Assembly (NCBI GenBank): GCA_028023455.1
Contig: JAQFVV010000007.1
Location: 13,268,001 to 13,332,000, forward strand
Direction: 5' to 3'
Length of the DNA stretch: 64,000 nucleotides
DNA from: Epiperipatus broadwayi
Taxonomy: Eukaryota; Animalia; Onychophora
Shown: piece by piece, positions 1 to 14,720 of the stretch
How positions within the stretch are numbered: position 1 is the first letter of the stretch
How the letters are laid out: every line of letters begins with the position of its first letter
Translations under genes and position numbers: made by a program
The notes under the pieces: generated by a model
Told to the model about the DNA's origin: nothing
Seen by the model: the letters and a program-made list of their open reading frames with translations, nothing else
Database searches by the model: none

Positions 1-639
1 TTACAAAATGAAATTAAATGCCTTTTTTTTTTTAGCTTAAATATTTGAGTACCAATAAAAAATATTTTTGGTTAAAATATCATTTTACCAGATCTTCACT
101 TATTTTTTATTTTTACAATCAGAGATGTGATGCACCAAATTTAGTCTCACATTTTTCTATGTTGAGCGCATGCACCATAGAATGCCTCCCTGATGTAAAC
201 TATATTTTGAAATGGTTATCCAAATAAACTTTTATCATAGTCTGAACAATTTGAAGAAGAAACTAGGGTTGCAATAGTATTTTTTTATGTTTTCTAAAAT
301 ATTATCTGTATCATATCTTTTATACAATTTTTTTTTTTTTTTGAGCACATTTCTAGTAAAATCTTTTCTGTTATTGTGTAAAAACTAACCATAGGATAAA
401 AAGAAAATGTAAAGAAATGACTATTAGACTAAAAACTGACATATAAAAAATATCTCACATTATAACTAAGAAAATTAAAATGATTTTAAATTAATAAAAT
501 TTGTTTATTGAGATACATAATCAAAAAAATAAAACAGTCTGAAATTTCCCATTGTAAATCAACCACTTTCACACCCCTGCAAAAATTATAATTTTTTCAT
601 TGTTTAAATTTATCTAGTAATAGCTAGATATCTATTTAC

Positions 640-2700
640 TTATCAGTAATTAGATCGCTGTATTGGCTATATACCATCTATCTAAAAGGAAAAGGCCATT
701 CTTACTCGAAAATGTTTAGCTACTTCAAAAAAATTCAGTTTCACCAGATTTAAAATCCAGTTATGGATGCTTAATCCTAAGCAATAATGGTCTTATTCAT
801 AATGCATTTCAATCATATATTTTATGGATATTTGTAAAATGTGTAATTGCAGAAATTCATGGATTGAAAAAGCTGATTATTATTATTATGGTATTTTTAT
901 TATATCCATTTATTAATTTTAAATTAAACGTGATTGTGGATAATTTCAACTATTGCCCACTCGCCACTAGTCTTACTTTCGTTTATTTTGACCTCCAATA
1001 AAAATAAATTTAATTGTATATACAGTATATGAGTGTGCACATATACTTTAAGTCTATAAAGATTTTTTTTTAACCTACTCCTCTTGGGTTACGAATATAG
1101 ATACAATGTTGGACTTGTATTGTATATACAACATATATGGTTGAATGCGAGTCTTAAGTTTTTACAGACGGATTTTTTTTTGCTATGCCTGGACATTACT
1201 GTTTCCACCTCTATTGTATATGCACAATATAGGCTGAGCGTGTGTCTTTTTTTTTACAGAGGGGTTTTGTTTTTTGTTCCGCCTGAACTACGAAAATGGT
1301 TAGTATTTTGGAATGTCTCTATCTGAACCTTTTAAATTATAGAGGAAAAAAAATCTTACTGTCTGAACAACAGACAGATTACGTAAACTGCATCTAAGAA
1401 TAGCTACATATTACTCTACTGATTAATATTGAGTAGTTAGATTGTTTGTGTGTAATGCGCATATATAATCACATGCGCAATTTATAAATATAATACTGGC
1501 TTTTACTACTATAATTTAAATTTCTGTAATAGATGTTCTATCGCGTGGACATTATCTACTTTGAAAAGATCATATTTCCTCTCATTTCTCGTGCACAACT
1601 AAGCAATTTAGTTTGCAAACTTGGAGTCACATTTGACGTTATTCCCAGCGTGAGAAACAGGGTCTTTCTACTATCCAGGATGTAAAAAAACCCTTTGCGA
1701 CCATCCATCTGTTGGTAATATCCTCACATTGTGAGGTAAAACTGGAGTTAGTTTCTTGTAATACCACCTCTTGAGTGCTATAAGCTGCTAATAAAATGTA
1801 GCTATGTAATTAAATCTTCTTTCATCTTCCCCTATGGGGAGCTACGTGTTAATGGAGATGATAACTAAACATTAGTTATTGTTAGAGAGAAACAATCGTC
1901 TTACCTTCTAAACAAACTAAGAAATAGTATTAAGTGCATATTTAAAATACAGTATTTTAACTGGCTGTCAATATTTTAAAATTTTGCTTATTATTAGTTT
2001 TTGGGTCTTTTTTTACTAAGAAGAAATTATTCTAATTTTAATTTCTGTCTTTGTTTATTTATATTTTATAAAAAAATCATCAATTATCAGTCAATTATTA
2101 AAGATTAATTATTAATCTAAAACAATCATTTATGAATAAATTGAATGACAAGAGAAAAATCTTTATTTCACATTTGCATATAGTAATTAAATTTTTACGT
2201 ATTAAATAATTTTAAATCAAAAATTATTATAGTGTGCGCCGATATGTTATATTTTAATATACAATATCAGTGATATATAAATGGCATGGTAATTCTAAAT
2301 ATATTTGCTTGCGAACTAGAAAGTCTACGAGAATTGAAAAAAGTACCTACTGGCATTGTCAAAATTACGATAGTGTGAAAAAAAAAAAAAGTAAAATGGA
2401 TAAATATTTTTTTAAAAGTACGCACATAATAAAGCCATAAGTAGTTTGAGATTAAGTGTAAATAGTATAAGAAATTAAAGAAACAAATCTAATAATAATG
2501 TTAATTATTCAACCGAATTGAAAATACAAAATGCAGATATATTTAGACTTATGTCCAAAAAAGTTATCCTTCGAATTAACAAATACAGATTTTTTTTTAA
2601 TGTATTATAAATTACAGGCCACAATAAATTCTTTATCACTCTTACTCTTTTAATATCTTGCGTTTTTACTTTATGAACATTCTTTTTATAATGATTCGAC
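640..2700. promoter_or_regulatory. CpG-retaining, promoter-like island in otherwise CpG-depleted DNA
   Basis: About 30 CG dinucleotides by eye in 2 kb versus very few in the following kb; two TGCGCA palindromes at ~1456 and ~1474. No transcript evidence. Confidence 0.3.
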
Positions 2701-4759
2701 CATATTATATAGTCATTTTCAAGGATTATTTATTTCTATAATATATATTGTGATATTTAACTTTGTTTGAAGCTAAATGTCAGGTCATGTTTTATCCCAA
2801 AGTGTCTAAAAAATAATAATAATTTAATTTTTTAATTAATAGATTTTGTTGTTGCCTTATAATACTATACTTCTGCATATAAAACAGTCAATGTTATAAA
2901 TATTTTTGTAATTTTTATAGCTAGAATAATTTTGACAGCTTGACTTATACCATTTTTAGTCTTAAATTTTGCTTATCATGCCAAAGTATTTAAATCTTTA
3001 ATAGTTGGTAGCTTAAAATATAATTAGTAATGCACTTCTACATTTAATAGTGTTAATGTAGTCAAAATGTAAATACTAAAATGTTTTACAAAGCTAATAC
3101 TAATTTTAAGCTTGAAAATCCAAGTTCAAAAACTATATTTAGGTTTACTAATAATTAAATTGAATTTATAATGCATTAATCTAATCTTAATTTTAGTAAA
3201 GAATATTATAATTAAATATTTAGAGTTATTTGTTCACAAAAACTTATAATAAAACTAATAACAATAAAAGATATGATTAAAGTAGTAGATAAATGAATGT
3301 TTGAATGAATGGATAATGTAATATTTAAATTTAACCTTTATGTATTTAAAGTATTATTAATTGTCTAATTTTAAAATGACAATATAAAATATATTTTGAA
3401 CAATTTTTATAGATTAAAATTAATATTAAATTAAATGTCTTAAATATTATAGGTAATATATTTTAAAACAATGTAAATTTTAATCATGTAACACATTTTA
3501 TTTTGTTATAGTGCTTAAATTTGTAAATAATTATTGCAATAAAGAATATTTAATTTTATTATCTAGACAGTAATTAATTTTTTTAAAGCTAAACATTAAT
3601 TAAATTTTTTGTTAGCCAACTTTCATGGTTTCAGTAGAATGTGGATTTGAACCAATAAAGGGAAGGGGGTGTAGATTTAAATGTCAATAATCAATAAAGT
3701 GGTCATCTGACCCAAGCTATAAAAAATGAAATTAACATCTGCACACACTAACCATTTTTAATCACATTCTGCTTACTCTTGTAATTTGTTTTAATCATTA
3801 TGTTCATAATTTTAAAACTTCAGTTTTAATTAAGAAATGTAATTTTATTTAAACTTTTTGCTTTTTTAGTTTTAAAATAATATGTAACTAAAAGTTAAAT
3901 TATCTAAGGATAACATTTGAGTAGGATTTCAAGGACAAGAAATCTACATGCAGCCAGATTTTTTTGTCTAAAAAACTTAGTTAATTATTACAATGTTTAA
4001 ATATTTACCATTTAAAATTCACACAATTGGAAACTTTAAGAGACATTTTTATTGTCACTATGACTATGCATGGACTGTTATTAATTTCAAGGCTTATTTT
4101 AAGATCTGTTCCATATTTGTGTTTGCTGTATAACATTATTATATATTTTTTAAAATACATGTTTCATATAGAACATTTATTGAAATTAATTTATGTCATG
4201 TAAAAAAAACCTTTGAATTTCATTTAATAAAGTTGATTATAATGACTATTTTCATGCCTACAAGAAATAAAGCAAAATATTTGATTTTATTATATTATAT
4301 TGCTGAAATAAACAATTATTAGCGCTGTTATTTTGATGAAACATTATTTGCTATTTTATAACAGCATAAGATAAGTTTTGTCTATTACAACTATTTCCAT
4401 ACACAGGAAAGAAATCAATCTCTTGGATCCCAGAAAGTGAAACAATTGACTTTTTTTTTAAAAAAAATGTTTAACAAATGTTTTAAAGTATTTTATTAAA
4501 TGAGATATAAAATGGAAATATAAAATATTCCCAAAACTAATATTATATTTAAACTGAATAGCAATGAACTTTTTTCTGATTTATTTTATGAAATCCTCAT
4601 ACTCTTTCTCATTTATTGCCATTATGAAAACTACGTTGATCTTTTTAAAATGTAATATTTTAAAGAATGAAGTATTTTGTCTGCTAAATACTACTTTTGT
4701 CATTAATTAATAAAGTGTGTTAAAGGATTAAGTTTGAATGTCTCAATTGAATATAATAT

Positions 4760-5260
4760 ATATAAAAGACATTATTTTGTGGGTTTGTCCGTGTTAAAAT
4801 TTTTTTAAATATTTATATACCAACATTTTGACTTGATCACACAAGTCATCTACTGGGCAATAAAAGGTAGAAAGATGGTTATAGAGGCACTATAATCACT
4901 GATTTGAAAAAAAAAACATTAAAGTTCTACCAATAGCAAAAATGTTAAATTAAGAATGTTTATTAAAAAAATATTTCCAGATAGGAGGAAGTTTGCATAT
5001 ATCATCTTGCTTATTGATATAATCTGGCCTTTTAAGTATCTCAATGGCTTCTCTGATTTTGCACTGGTAGAGATTATCACATCTGGATATGATCCTGGTA
5101 CAAGAAAAAAATCAATTTTATGACCTGAATCTATAGTATGGAGTGAGAGTGCTGATGATGATGAGTGTTGTTTAACTGCATTAGCATGTTCATCTCTCCT
5201 AACACTGACATGATGATTACTCATACCTATGTAAGCAGCTTTACAATTTTCACATGAGAT
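4760..5260 (-). mobile_element. Penelope-like element 3' fragment (GIY-YIG C-terminus plus 3' tail, family D)
   Basis: ORF 4919..5224 gives RRDEHANAVKQHSSSSALSLHTIDSGHKIDF; a shifted frame continues LYQCKIREAIEILKRPDYINKQDDICKLPPIWKYF, typical of a PLE endonuclease tail; HHR-like motif downstream. Confidence 0.8.
4818..4859 (-). ncRNA. Hammerhead-like motif, family D (core CAGUAGA)
   Basis: Minus strand: UGCC CAGUAGA U GACUUG ugugau CAAGUC AAAA UGUU GGUA; stems I and II pair; GAAA/CGUC changes fit CpG decay. Confidence 0.5.
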
Positions 5261-5490
5261 TTGATAAACACCATGAGATTCAAGAGGGATTGAATCCTAG
5301 GCTTGGTTATTATATTGCTGATCTTTTAATGAGTAGAAAATGCTGTATTTATATTATAGCATTTTAATATAAATCCAATACTGTGTAGTTTCTTTTACAT
5401 GGATGAACTCACAAAATATGTTTTTTATGTATGCAACCCATGAAAATCTTCATATCAACTAAGTTTGATATATGTATTATTATCCATATA

Positions 5491-5522
<32 letters not shown>

Positions 5523-5574
5523 AAATTAAGTTTGATATATGTATTCTTTCCAAAATATATGTAATATTCAAATC

Positions 5575-5830
5575 AATATCTATATTAAAATACAGTAAAA
5601 TTCATATAAATTATAGTTATTTCATTAGAAGTACTTTCAACTATACTTTTTGTAGATTTATCAACTATATAACATTGAATAATCAAAACAAGACTTACTT
5701 TTACAATACTCATAGTTTGATTTAGTTTAGTTCTCCCATAACTCTGCTATTTTAACATTTGATGATTGCCAATTCATTAACTTTTGACAATTTCTTGAAA
5801 TCAACATAGCCTCTTTTATTTTACATTATT
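5575..5830 (-). mobile_element. PLE 3' end, family C, with HHR relic at 5625-5667
   Basis: Reverse complement aligns with 7445-7675; encodes NVKIAELWEN; motif UAG UUGAUAA ... UAGUU GAAA GUAC UU CUAA. Confidence 0.7.
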
Positions 5831-6801
5831 TGTGATAATGTTCAATTTGCATAATTTTTATATTTTTATAATCAAATTTAAATTCATATTAACAAGATTT
5901 ATTATGATCAAATATAACAGATGATGAATGTTTATTTACAACTTTTCCTGATTGTTTCTCTTTTTGAATTCTATTATATAAAAGCATATGCTATTTTATT
6001 CTCTTCTGCAATGTACATTTAGATTCACCGATATATTGCAAGCTACATTTACATATCGATTTATATATATCTCCTTAACCCCTGAAATCACCATCTTGAT
6101 TTTTTTTAAAAAAATATAAATTTTATAATTATCAGTGTGTACTATGTTTGAATGCAATTAGTATAAAAAGATATATATTGTTAAAAAGAGCAAATATGAA
6201 AGAATGTAATAAAGTTGACATAATAGTCATTACATAAAAAAAAATTAAGAAAAGAATGATTTTTAATACTTTGGAAAAATGTTTATTTTTACATTTGTTC
6301 ACAAATTCTAAATTTTGAAAGTTAGATATTAAAATGACATTATTAAAATGACATTTTCATAAACAGCTTTATCACATCTGTCACTAAATGCTGAAAAAAA
6401 AGATATATAGCATCACTTACCTGAGATAATTTTTCATAGCAGAAATATTGAAACTGGATGAATTCATGCCTCTCTGTTTTATTTTCAGACCCAGATTTTG
6501 TCCTTCTTTTCAGGGTATTGGTTAGAAATACATTTGGTTTTAGTGAGGGCAAAAAAAAAATAACAGTAAGAACAGATATTATGCAAAGAGAACTTTAGTA
6601 AAATTGTAGTATATGAAAAATATAATTAATTTATTATTATATTACTGAATAATGAGGGGGGGGTAATATATCTGTTCTTTTCGAGTAAAAAGTATATTCA
6701 AAAAAATAAATATCAAATAAATAAAAAATTTTATAAAATGAAATGAATAAAACAAAGCAAATCAATAACCATCAAAATAAACAAATTTATATGAGCATTG
6801 A

Positions 6802-6960
6802 GTATATGTGTGGGAGATGATGATCTTGACAAAATGATGAGGGCTGGTTTAGCATAAAATATATGTTTTGGGGATCATTTCTCCTTTTTACATGTGTATG
6901 GGTGTGTGTATATGTGTATCAGTTATATGAGAAAGAGTAGATGGATTGAGGGAACTTGAA
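6802..6960 (+). mobile_element. Family A HHR-bearing repeat, decayed copy
   Basis: Aligns with 19515-19670; motif gacaaa ATGATGA gggct ggttt agcat AAAA. Confidence 0.7.
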
Positions 6961-7444
6961 AATACTATATATTACAGTGATCTATAATTTGATTCTATCA
7001 GTGCCTAAAAATGTATTCTATAAAATTAAAATTTATTATCAAAAAGAAATAAAAGCAGTACTCACAGTTGATAGGAAAATTTAGACCATATATTTTTTCG
7101 AAGATCCTGGACTGAAATAAAAGGTGATGAATTCATTTCTGCTGAAGAAAATTTGGTTCATAACTAAATCTAAGAAAATAAGATCAAAAAAAGTAATTAA
7201 AAACTGCATTTTTTTAAAAAAAAAAAAAAGTTGAAATTTTATCATAGAAAAAAAATATGTATGTTTTTTTTCCTAATAAAATGGTGGACAGAAAGAAGTA
7301 ATGCTACTGGGTTTGAGATTAATTGATACTGCACAAACTCAGTAGTTATGATAAACTTCCACTGATGGGTTTCAGGCCAAGGCAGAATCAAAGAAGATAT
7401 AATACAATTTTGATTAAAATTTGAATTTTGAATTTTAGAGTTAT

Positions 7445-7675
7445 TAAGTAAAAAGAATCTGTGTTGATTTCAAGAAATCATCAAATGTTAAAATAATAGA
7501 ATTGTGGGAGAACCAAACTAAATTGAACTATGGGTATTCTGAAAGGAACTCTCATTTTGATTATTCAATATTATATAGTTGATAAAGACTACAAAATGTA
7601 TAGTCAAAAGTACTTCTAATGAAATAAATATAAGTTATGTGAATTTTATTGTATTTTAATATATAAATTTGAATA
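7445..7675 (+). mobile_element. PLE 3' end, family C, with HHR at 7576-7619
   Basis: Encodes NVKIIELWEN (cf. GKIKELWEG at ~26940); TAG TTGATAA A GACTA caaaatgta TAGTC AAAA GTAC TT CTAA. Confidence 0.7.
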
Positions 7676-10373
7676 TTATATATATATATATTATTGCAAT
7701 TTAATAAATATTGCTGTTTAATCCATGGAAATCTGTTCATTGAATAGCCATACTTATTCAGTTTTTTAGCATAATTTAGTGAATTTTACACAAGAATGAC
7801 CATGAAGCACTGTTATATTTTAATTGTGCTATATTTGAGGGTTGAATATGTTTATAGCCCATGAAACATTATTGTCTAAAAGTCCATTTCTGTTAAAAGT
7901 TTAAAGGTGAAAGAACAGAAGAAACCTTTATTTTAAATGGAAAAAGAGTTAATTTTTTATTTATGTTTATGATTTTGCATACAATGTTTTTCTTTTAGAT
8001 GCATATTATTTTACCTTATTATATGCTATTTTAGAAATAATTTTGAATTAAAGTTCTCAGAATATCATTGTATGATATTTCCATGTTTTAAAATAGTATG
8101 TGTTCCCTTTTTCATATGAATTATTTATTTATAAAAGGTATATTATTATGCAGAATGCACTATAACTAGATATATGTTTTTATTATTTTATTTTATTGCT
8201 TGTTTAGTGCCTATTTTTAACTAAGTTATGTTTAGCATTAATTATTAGTTATTGTCTTTCACATCCATTAGTTATAGCATTTTTTATTAGAAGTTGTAGC
8301 TTTAGTCTCTCTTTGTTTAGAAATGATTACTTTGCCAGTATTGTTAGAGATTGTAGCTTAGGTCAATCACCAGTTTGTTGAGATATTTTGTATGAATTTT
8401 ATTGAACTTATTGTACCCAAAGCATTCTTCATTATGATAACCCTATTTAGTATTTTTAACCATGATATGCATTCTCATTATTTCTTGAATAATGACAAAG
8501 TCCTTGATCATTTTGTTATTGTCCTCATAAGTAAGTACCTTTATTTATAAGCTATGCCATCATATGTTTACTTTGTTTTTTCTCAGTTATCTCAATATGA
8601 ATTTAGTTTGTCATAAATAATGTGTTTTGTAAAGCATATGTATTATTTTACCATGAACTTTATTCTTGAAGATAAGTTGTTTTTTTATCAAAGTAGTGAG
8701 GAATTCCACTCTTATCTCTTGTAGCATTCTTAATTATTTAGATGTGAATTATATATTGTTGATGTTTAGGATTGGTATTGAAGCTTATGCTGAGTTGGGA
8801 TATAAGTATGATAAATAATTAACCTCAAAATTTTTAATTGTACCTTAGACATAAATTGATAATATACATCTCTCTTCTCTCTCCTTTATCATTGGGTTGG
8901 TAAGCTTGAATTTTAAGTAATGTTAAATATTCATAAAAGGGATACTATTCATAAAAAGAACACTATTATTGTGTGAATGCTTTAATATGTGAGAACTTTT
9001 GAGAATTTAATGTAATAGAAAGTTTATTTTCACCTCCTATGATAAATTTATTTATTTTTCATAAATCCATTTGCAATTTTAACCTTCTGATGTATAGTTT
9101 GAAAAAAAAAATGTTTATGAAAGCCCTTGGATTTGTGGACTTAGAATATGTTATATTTGTGACTTGTTATCATTTGTTTTGTTTTTTTGTTTTTTGTGAA
9201 ATAAATATTTGTTTTTATTATTAACAAATGTCTTATAGTCATTTTTCCACATCATCCACTCATTATCCAAAAATCTAAATAATGATAAAAGTATTGTAAA
9301 TTATCAGAAGAATTTGTAGTAAGAGTACATGAACATTGAAATGAGTATAAGCGTTACTTTATTGAATTGTATTCAAGTATTAGAATTAGATCAAACAAAG
9401 ATATATTTTTGCTTAATAAAAATTATAAGAGCCAATTTAATTTTCTTATTAAAACACCACTATGTTTATTTATTTTACAATTACTTTTAATAAATATTAA
9501 ACAATATTTGTTATTCCATAATAAATTTAAATTATAAAAGGACTTAGTTTAAATTTAAAAGTTATTTAAATATATTTATTCTATGGTATTTAGAATGGCT
9601 ATAAAACCCCTTATCCATATTTAATATCTGAATGTCATTCTAGGAGTTTATTGTTTATCTTATTTTAAATTAAAAGATCACGTATTTTATTTTAAATTAA
9701 TAATAATATTATTATAATTGTGATAAGACATTAACTAAGAGTAAGTTATGACTTACTTATTTACTAGAATTTCATTCTATACTGAATAGATATTAAAAAT
9801 TAGATAATTTATTTTGTGATTAAAATCAATCATATTACTTTAAGATTACTTAATTGATTTCATAAACCATCTTATATAAAGATTATTTCACTAAAGAATA
9901 AGCTACTTTCAAAGTTGGTAATCTTTCCATGGCAAAGATTTAAGAGATAACTTTCAAATTTTATAAAATTAAAAATAATGTTTCATCTAATCATAGCAAT
10001 GACATAATTAAGAGATGGATAAGGAAGGTGGTAATAGTAGTAGATGTTTGTAAGAAAAGCATTTTAAATGTAATCTCAATGGCATATGCTTGCAATATTA
10101 GGAGACTTCCAATTGTATTAGAATCAGTTGAAAGTTATCTTTCTCTTAAGTTGTTGATAATATTGCTTTGTATTTTAATGATATTTTATTGTAATTGCTT
10201 ACCACTGCATGTCTTTTTATTGTGGCATGTGGTATTTATATTTTATAAAGCTAGTGAGTTTAGCTAACATCATTATTTTTGATTGACATTATATTATTAT
10301 TGATTCGTCTTGGTGGTGACAATTTTCTTATCTTGTTCTTTTAAGTTACATTTTTGGCAATTTTCTCATTTCA

Positions 10374-10600
10374 GGTTACAATTTGGCACCCAACCTGTTG
10401 ATCTTTGATCAGCTCTGAAATACCAATTGATTGTGCTGGATAAGCATTGGATCTATTTTATTAATTGTTTTTTTTATCATTAAGTTGTTTTTTGATTTTT
10501 TGGTTACAATTTGACTCACCCAATAAATTGTCCTTTGATCATCTGGAAGTACCGATTGATTTTCCTGGATAGATGTTGGACTATTTTATCAATTTGTTTT
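10374..10600. repeat. Diverged tandem duplication, period ~128 bp
   Basis: ggttacaatttg at 10374 and 10502, followed by colinear matches (ctttgatca, taccrattgatt, ctggata, ctattttat). Confidence 0.65.
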
Positions 10601-10629
10601 CTCATTTACAGCTGCTTTCTTCCTACATT

Positions 10630-10632
<3 letters not shown>

Positions 10633-10722
<90 letters not shown>
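10633..10722. repeat. (TA)n microsatellite
   Basis: Uninterrupted TA run; explains the YIYI ORFs here. Confidence 0.99.
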
Positions 10723-10725
<3 letters not shown>

Positions 10726-10944
10726 CAACCCCATATATATATATATATTTTTGCAAAGAATTTTCGGTAACAACATAATAAAAATATTATTATGACGTAA
10801 CTTCAATTTTTTTAACTTCTTTCTTACTTTCCTATGTGTCCACATTCCTTTATCTTGTATTTTTTTCTTTACTTTTTGCCATAATATTTTTTTATATTGT
10901 TTATGTAAATTCTTTGTAAATGTTATGTACCTCTACAAAAATGT

Positions 10945-11400
10945 CTCATCATCTCATCATTTTCAACCATTGTCAATATCTCCAAGTTCAATCCATATTT
11001 TCCAATCTTTAGCCACTTTTCTCCACATTACTTCATCAGACTTTATTATTTCATATACTCATCCCACATGTGTTTTTTTTGTAGGTCTTTTACAATCTCT
11101 TGGAATCCAGTTTAAGATTTAAACTTTTCATTTGTAATCATCTTTTCTAGAAATTTGTCCAGCCCATCTCCATTTCATTTTCCTCATTCTTTCAATGATG
11201 CCACTAATACTTGTTTGCTCTCTTATCCATGAATTTCATTTTTAATCATTTCTTGTCACTTCTAATGTATATCTCTCTATAGTTTTTTGTATGTGCTGAA
11301 GACTGTATTGTTTTTCTGTTAAGTGTCCAATTATCAGATCCATAAGTAACAAATAGTCAAAGCCATTTATTAAAAACCTTTCATGAAAAAATGTCAACAT
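10945..11400 (-). mobile_element. RTE-clade LINE 3' fragment
   Basis: Minus translation: VTYGSDNWTLNRK...WIREQTSISGIIERMRKMKWRWAGQISRKDD...NWIPRDCKRP, with frameshifts; GAT-rich tail. Confidence 0.85.
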
Positions 11401-13989
11401 GAAGTTAAATTGTAACAAGTGCTATATGACCTTTTTTAAAAAGTGTATGTTTCAAATATATTTATAATGTCAGAGGTTCACTTGACTTCTGGACCACTGG
11501 ATGGTTGAGATAGAATTGAGCTAAAGGTGAAAGATACACTAATAAAACTTGCAAATATCCATATTTTTGTACAAATAAATGATTTTTGATAATGGTCATA
11601 TAATATAGTTGAAATATATATAAAAAAAAATGGTTCATAAAATAAAAAACCAAGATGTGAAAAGAAAAAGTATGTGAAACAATTTGTGGTTTTTTTAATT
11701 TTTAATATATTAGAACATAGTGAAATGATTATTATTGAACTTTTATATACTTGTATAGAATTTATGTTTTAACTCATCAAACTAATCATTTTAAAACTTG
11801 TATCTGAATGTGACGAAATATTGTGGGCAAATATAAATAAGAAATCAGAAATGGAAAAAGCCATAAATTTGTGAAATTTGGGGAAAAGGAAAATTGATAA
11901 GTAATATATATATATATATATATATACTGGAAAAAATATATATATATATATATATACTGGAAAAAATGCAATGATGGAATATAAGTGAAGGCAACTATAT
12001 GAAAGTATAGCAGGATTGTCTTATTTTTATCAACAAAAATAGGTATTTTATGATTGCGACATGCTTAATACAATTTAACTCATAAAGTCCTCACTGATTA
12101 ATGATAAGTGTTAATGTGCAACTAAAACAGCAATGATGATTAAAATTATGTTAACACCTGATCTCACTAAAATTAGATAAAGTGTGAGAAGGGAGGTGGC
12201 CCATTTAGAAAAGTTGAATATCTGGAAATTGGTTAATAATGGTAAAGAAATTTAATTATGACAATGTGATCTACAAGTGTCAAACTTTCTGTGCTTATGA
12301 CACTGACATCATTCACTTCATATAAATACATTATTGATTATTACTAATAAATTATTACACAAGAAATTATTATTTTTAGTTTAGATGTAAATTTTAAAGG
12401 TAATTAAAGCTTAATATGTTATTTTTGTTTGTTTGTTTTTTTTTTAATTTTAACACATGTCATTACTCATACTTCCGTCATTTACTTATCATCCCATAAA
12501 TATTTTTTTCAGATATATTTAAATTTTTCATTTTCTCATACATTTTTGAAACATCAATCAAAATTTCTAAAAAAGATTAACTGTCCCTAATTGCATTTCA
12601 TGTCAAAATAATTTATAGTAAGATCTGAAGTAGATCTTACCAAAGTTGTAAAAGCAAAAGTTTGATACTGTAAATCTGTTAATTATTTGATATTGATACT
12701 GAACAAATAATGAAGACGTTCAAAAAAGATGATGATCAGGACTAAGTGAAGATTTCTGTTTTTAATGCATCTTGGGAAACACATCTTTTTCAGAGGTTTC
12801 ACTGATGTGAATGTACAAAATTTAACTGTAAAAATGCAATTAAAACTGTAAAAAAGACAACTCAAAAAGTTTTTTTTTAAAAACCTTGTTATTGAATTAA
12901 AGCTATTTAAGAAATAAAAATAAAATAATATTATTAAAAATTCAATCGATTTTAGCAAATATGTATTTATTTATTTATTTATTGTTATAATTAATAAAAA
13001 AAAATCCATGTAATTATAACCCCATTTTATATATTTAAAACAAAATGGTGAGACATACATTTAGTTCTACAAAGGATGGAAATGATAGGTATTTAAAAGA
13101 CAGTAATAAAGTATAAAAAATGTTGTAAAGTTATATGTTAAACATATACCTGTTGTTTAAAAAAATTAAATTATGACATTTATATTTTTAAAAAAGCAAG
13201 AAATATTACGTTACAGATTTAAGATTTTAATGAATATTATTCCAATTTTTTTCTAGAGTACTTGGCTTTAAATTAATGTAAATTTAAAGAATAGTATGGA
13301 TTTAAGTGTGTTATACATCAATAGATCAGCTGAATCTGCAAATTGTTCTATTGTAATTGAAGTTTGTAACATTATTACGTTGTCTGGGTAATCAAATTGT
13401 GAATAATTGAGATGTAAATTTTATACATGGGTTAGAAATAAAATAATTAATAATCTATGCATCTGAAATGGATAGTGTCGATGTTGTGAATGTAGAAAAT
13501 GGAACACTTATAGATCAACTTGTACTTAAGAAAATAGTTTAAATTTTATATCTAGTCTAGAAATGTTATGATAATTTCTAATACAGTAAATAATTGATAA
13601 GAATCATTAATATATATATCTGAAGTGGATGGTTTCAAAATTACGAATACCAAAAGTTTGATACTTGTAGATTAGCTTGCAGTAGAAACAATAATTTAAA
13701 TTTTATGTCTTGGTAAAAAATAATATAATTTGTAGTTTAATAAATAACTGATAGAAATCAATAATATTGGTATCTAACGTGGATGTGATTAATGTTTTGA
13801 GTACTAAATGTTTGACACTTGAAAATCAAATTGCATCGAGTATATTGATTAAAATTGCAATAGCAATTATTATAGTAACATTAATAAAAATATTAAATAG
13901 GATGACTTTATTCTTTCAAAACTTTATGAGAACTGTTTTGTGGATTTAAAATGAATAACAAAGAAACTAAATATTGATTACCAGTGCTT

Positions 13990-14720
13990 TATAAATAACA
14001 TTTATTCAGAATGACATATCATCCATTACTTATTTCAGGCTGCACTAATGCACATTTCTTATGAATAAAACTCACCTACTTTATTATTAATATTTTTTTT
14101 CATTTCCAATCTTTCTAAGCATGTGTATTTTTTAATGAATATAATCATCTCATTATTAAAATAAGATAATTTTAGTTCAGACAAATATACTTTGAACTTT
14201 ATTAGGTCTCATCTGATTAAGTAACTACTTGTTTATTTTCATTTCTGTCTATGAAATTCATAAATGTTTTAATACCATAACAACTGAAAAACATCAATAT
14301 ATTTATTGTTCTGTTTTAGTGTCCAACTTTCACATCCATAGCTAAGAACAAGAATTACTATAGCTTGAACAATTATGACTTTTATTTTTTTAGAGATTTG
14401 TTTTTATCTCTAAAAACATTTTTCTAGGTTTTTCACCATAAATCAGCCTAGTTTTAATCTGCAATGAATTTCTTGACTGGTAACTCTTTTGTTCTGTTGA
14501 TGAAATATCCAAAAAGGCAAGGTTCTGCCACTTATTTTCACACCTATATTACAAATTTTAGATCAAGTACTGATTCTGTAATTATAACCATTGTTTTCTT
14601 TATATTTAGTCATATTTTTTATTCTGATTTTAAATTTAACTAGTGAGAAGCTTGGGGGCTTCCATATCTTTGGCTATAAGTATTTTACCATCAACATTTC
14701 TAAAATAAAACAAATTCAGA
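13990..14720 (-). mobile_element. RTE/BovB-like LINE fragment
   Basis: Minus translation VILVLSYGCESWTLKQ...IDVFQLLWY resembles the BovB-type VMYGCESWT...IDAFELWCW block. Confidence 0.7.

Noticed and set aside
1540-1720. 46-codon minus-strand ORF MDGRKGFFYIL.. in the CpG island
   Set aside because: No phase-compatible downstream exon or recognisable homology.
8260-8900. Possible Gypsy integrase zinc-finger remnant
   Set aside because: Motif residues are not clearly present.
12622-13670. Two similar ATCTGAAGT...CAAAAGTTTGATAC motifs (~12622 and ~13618) as HHRs
   Set aside because: Core is CTGAAGT, there is no stem III and stem II is inconsistent.
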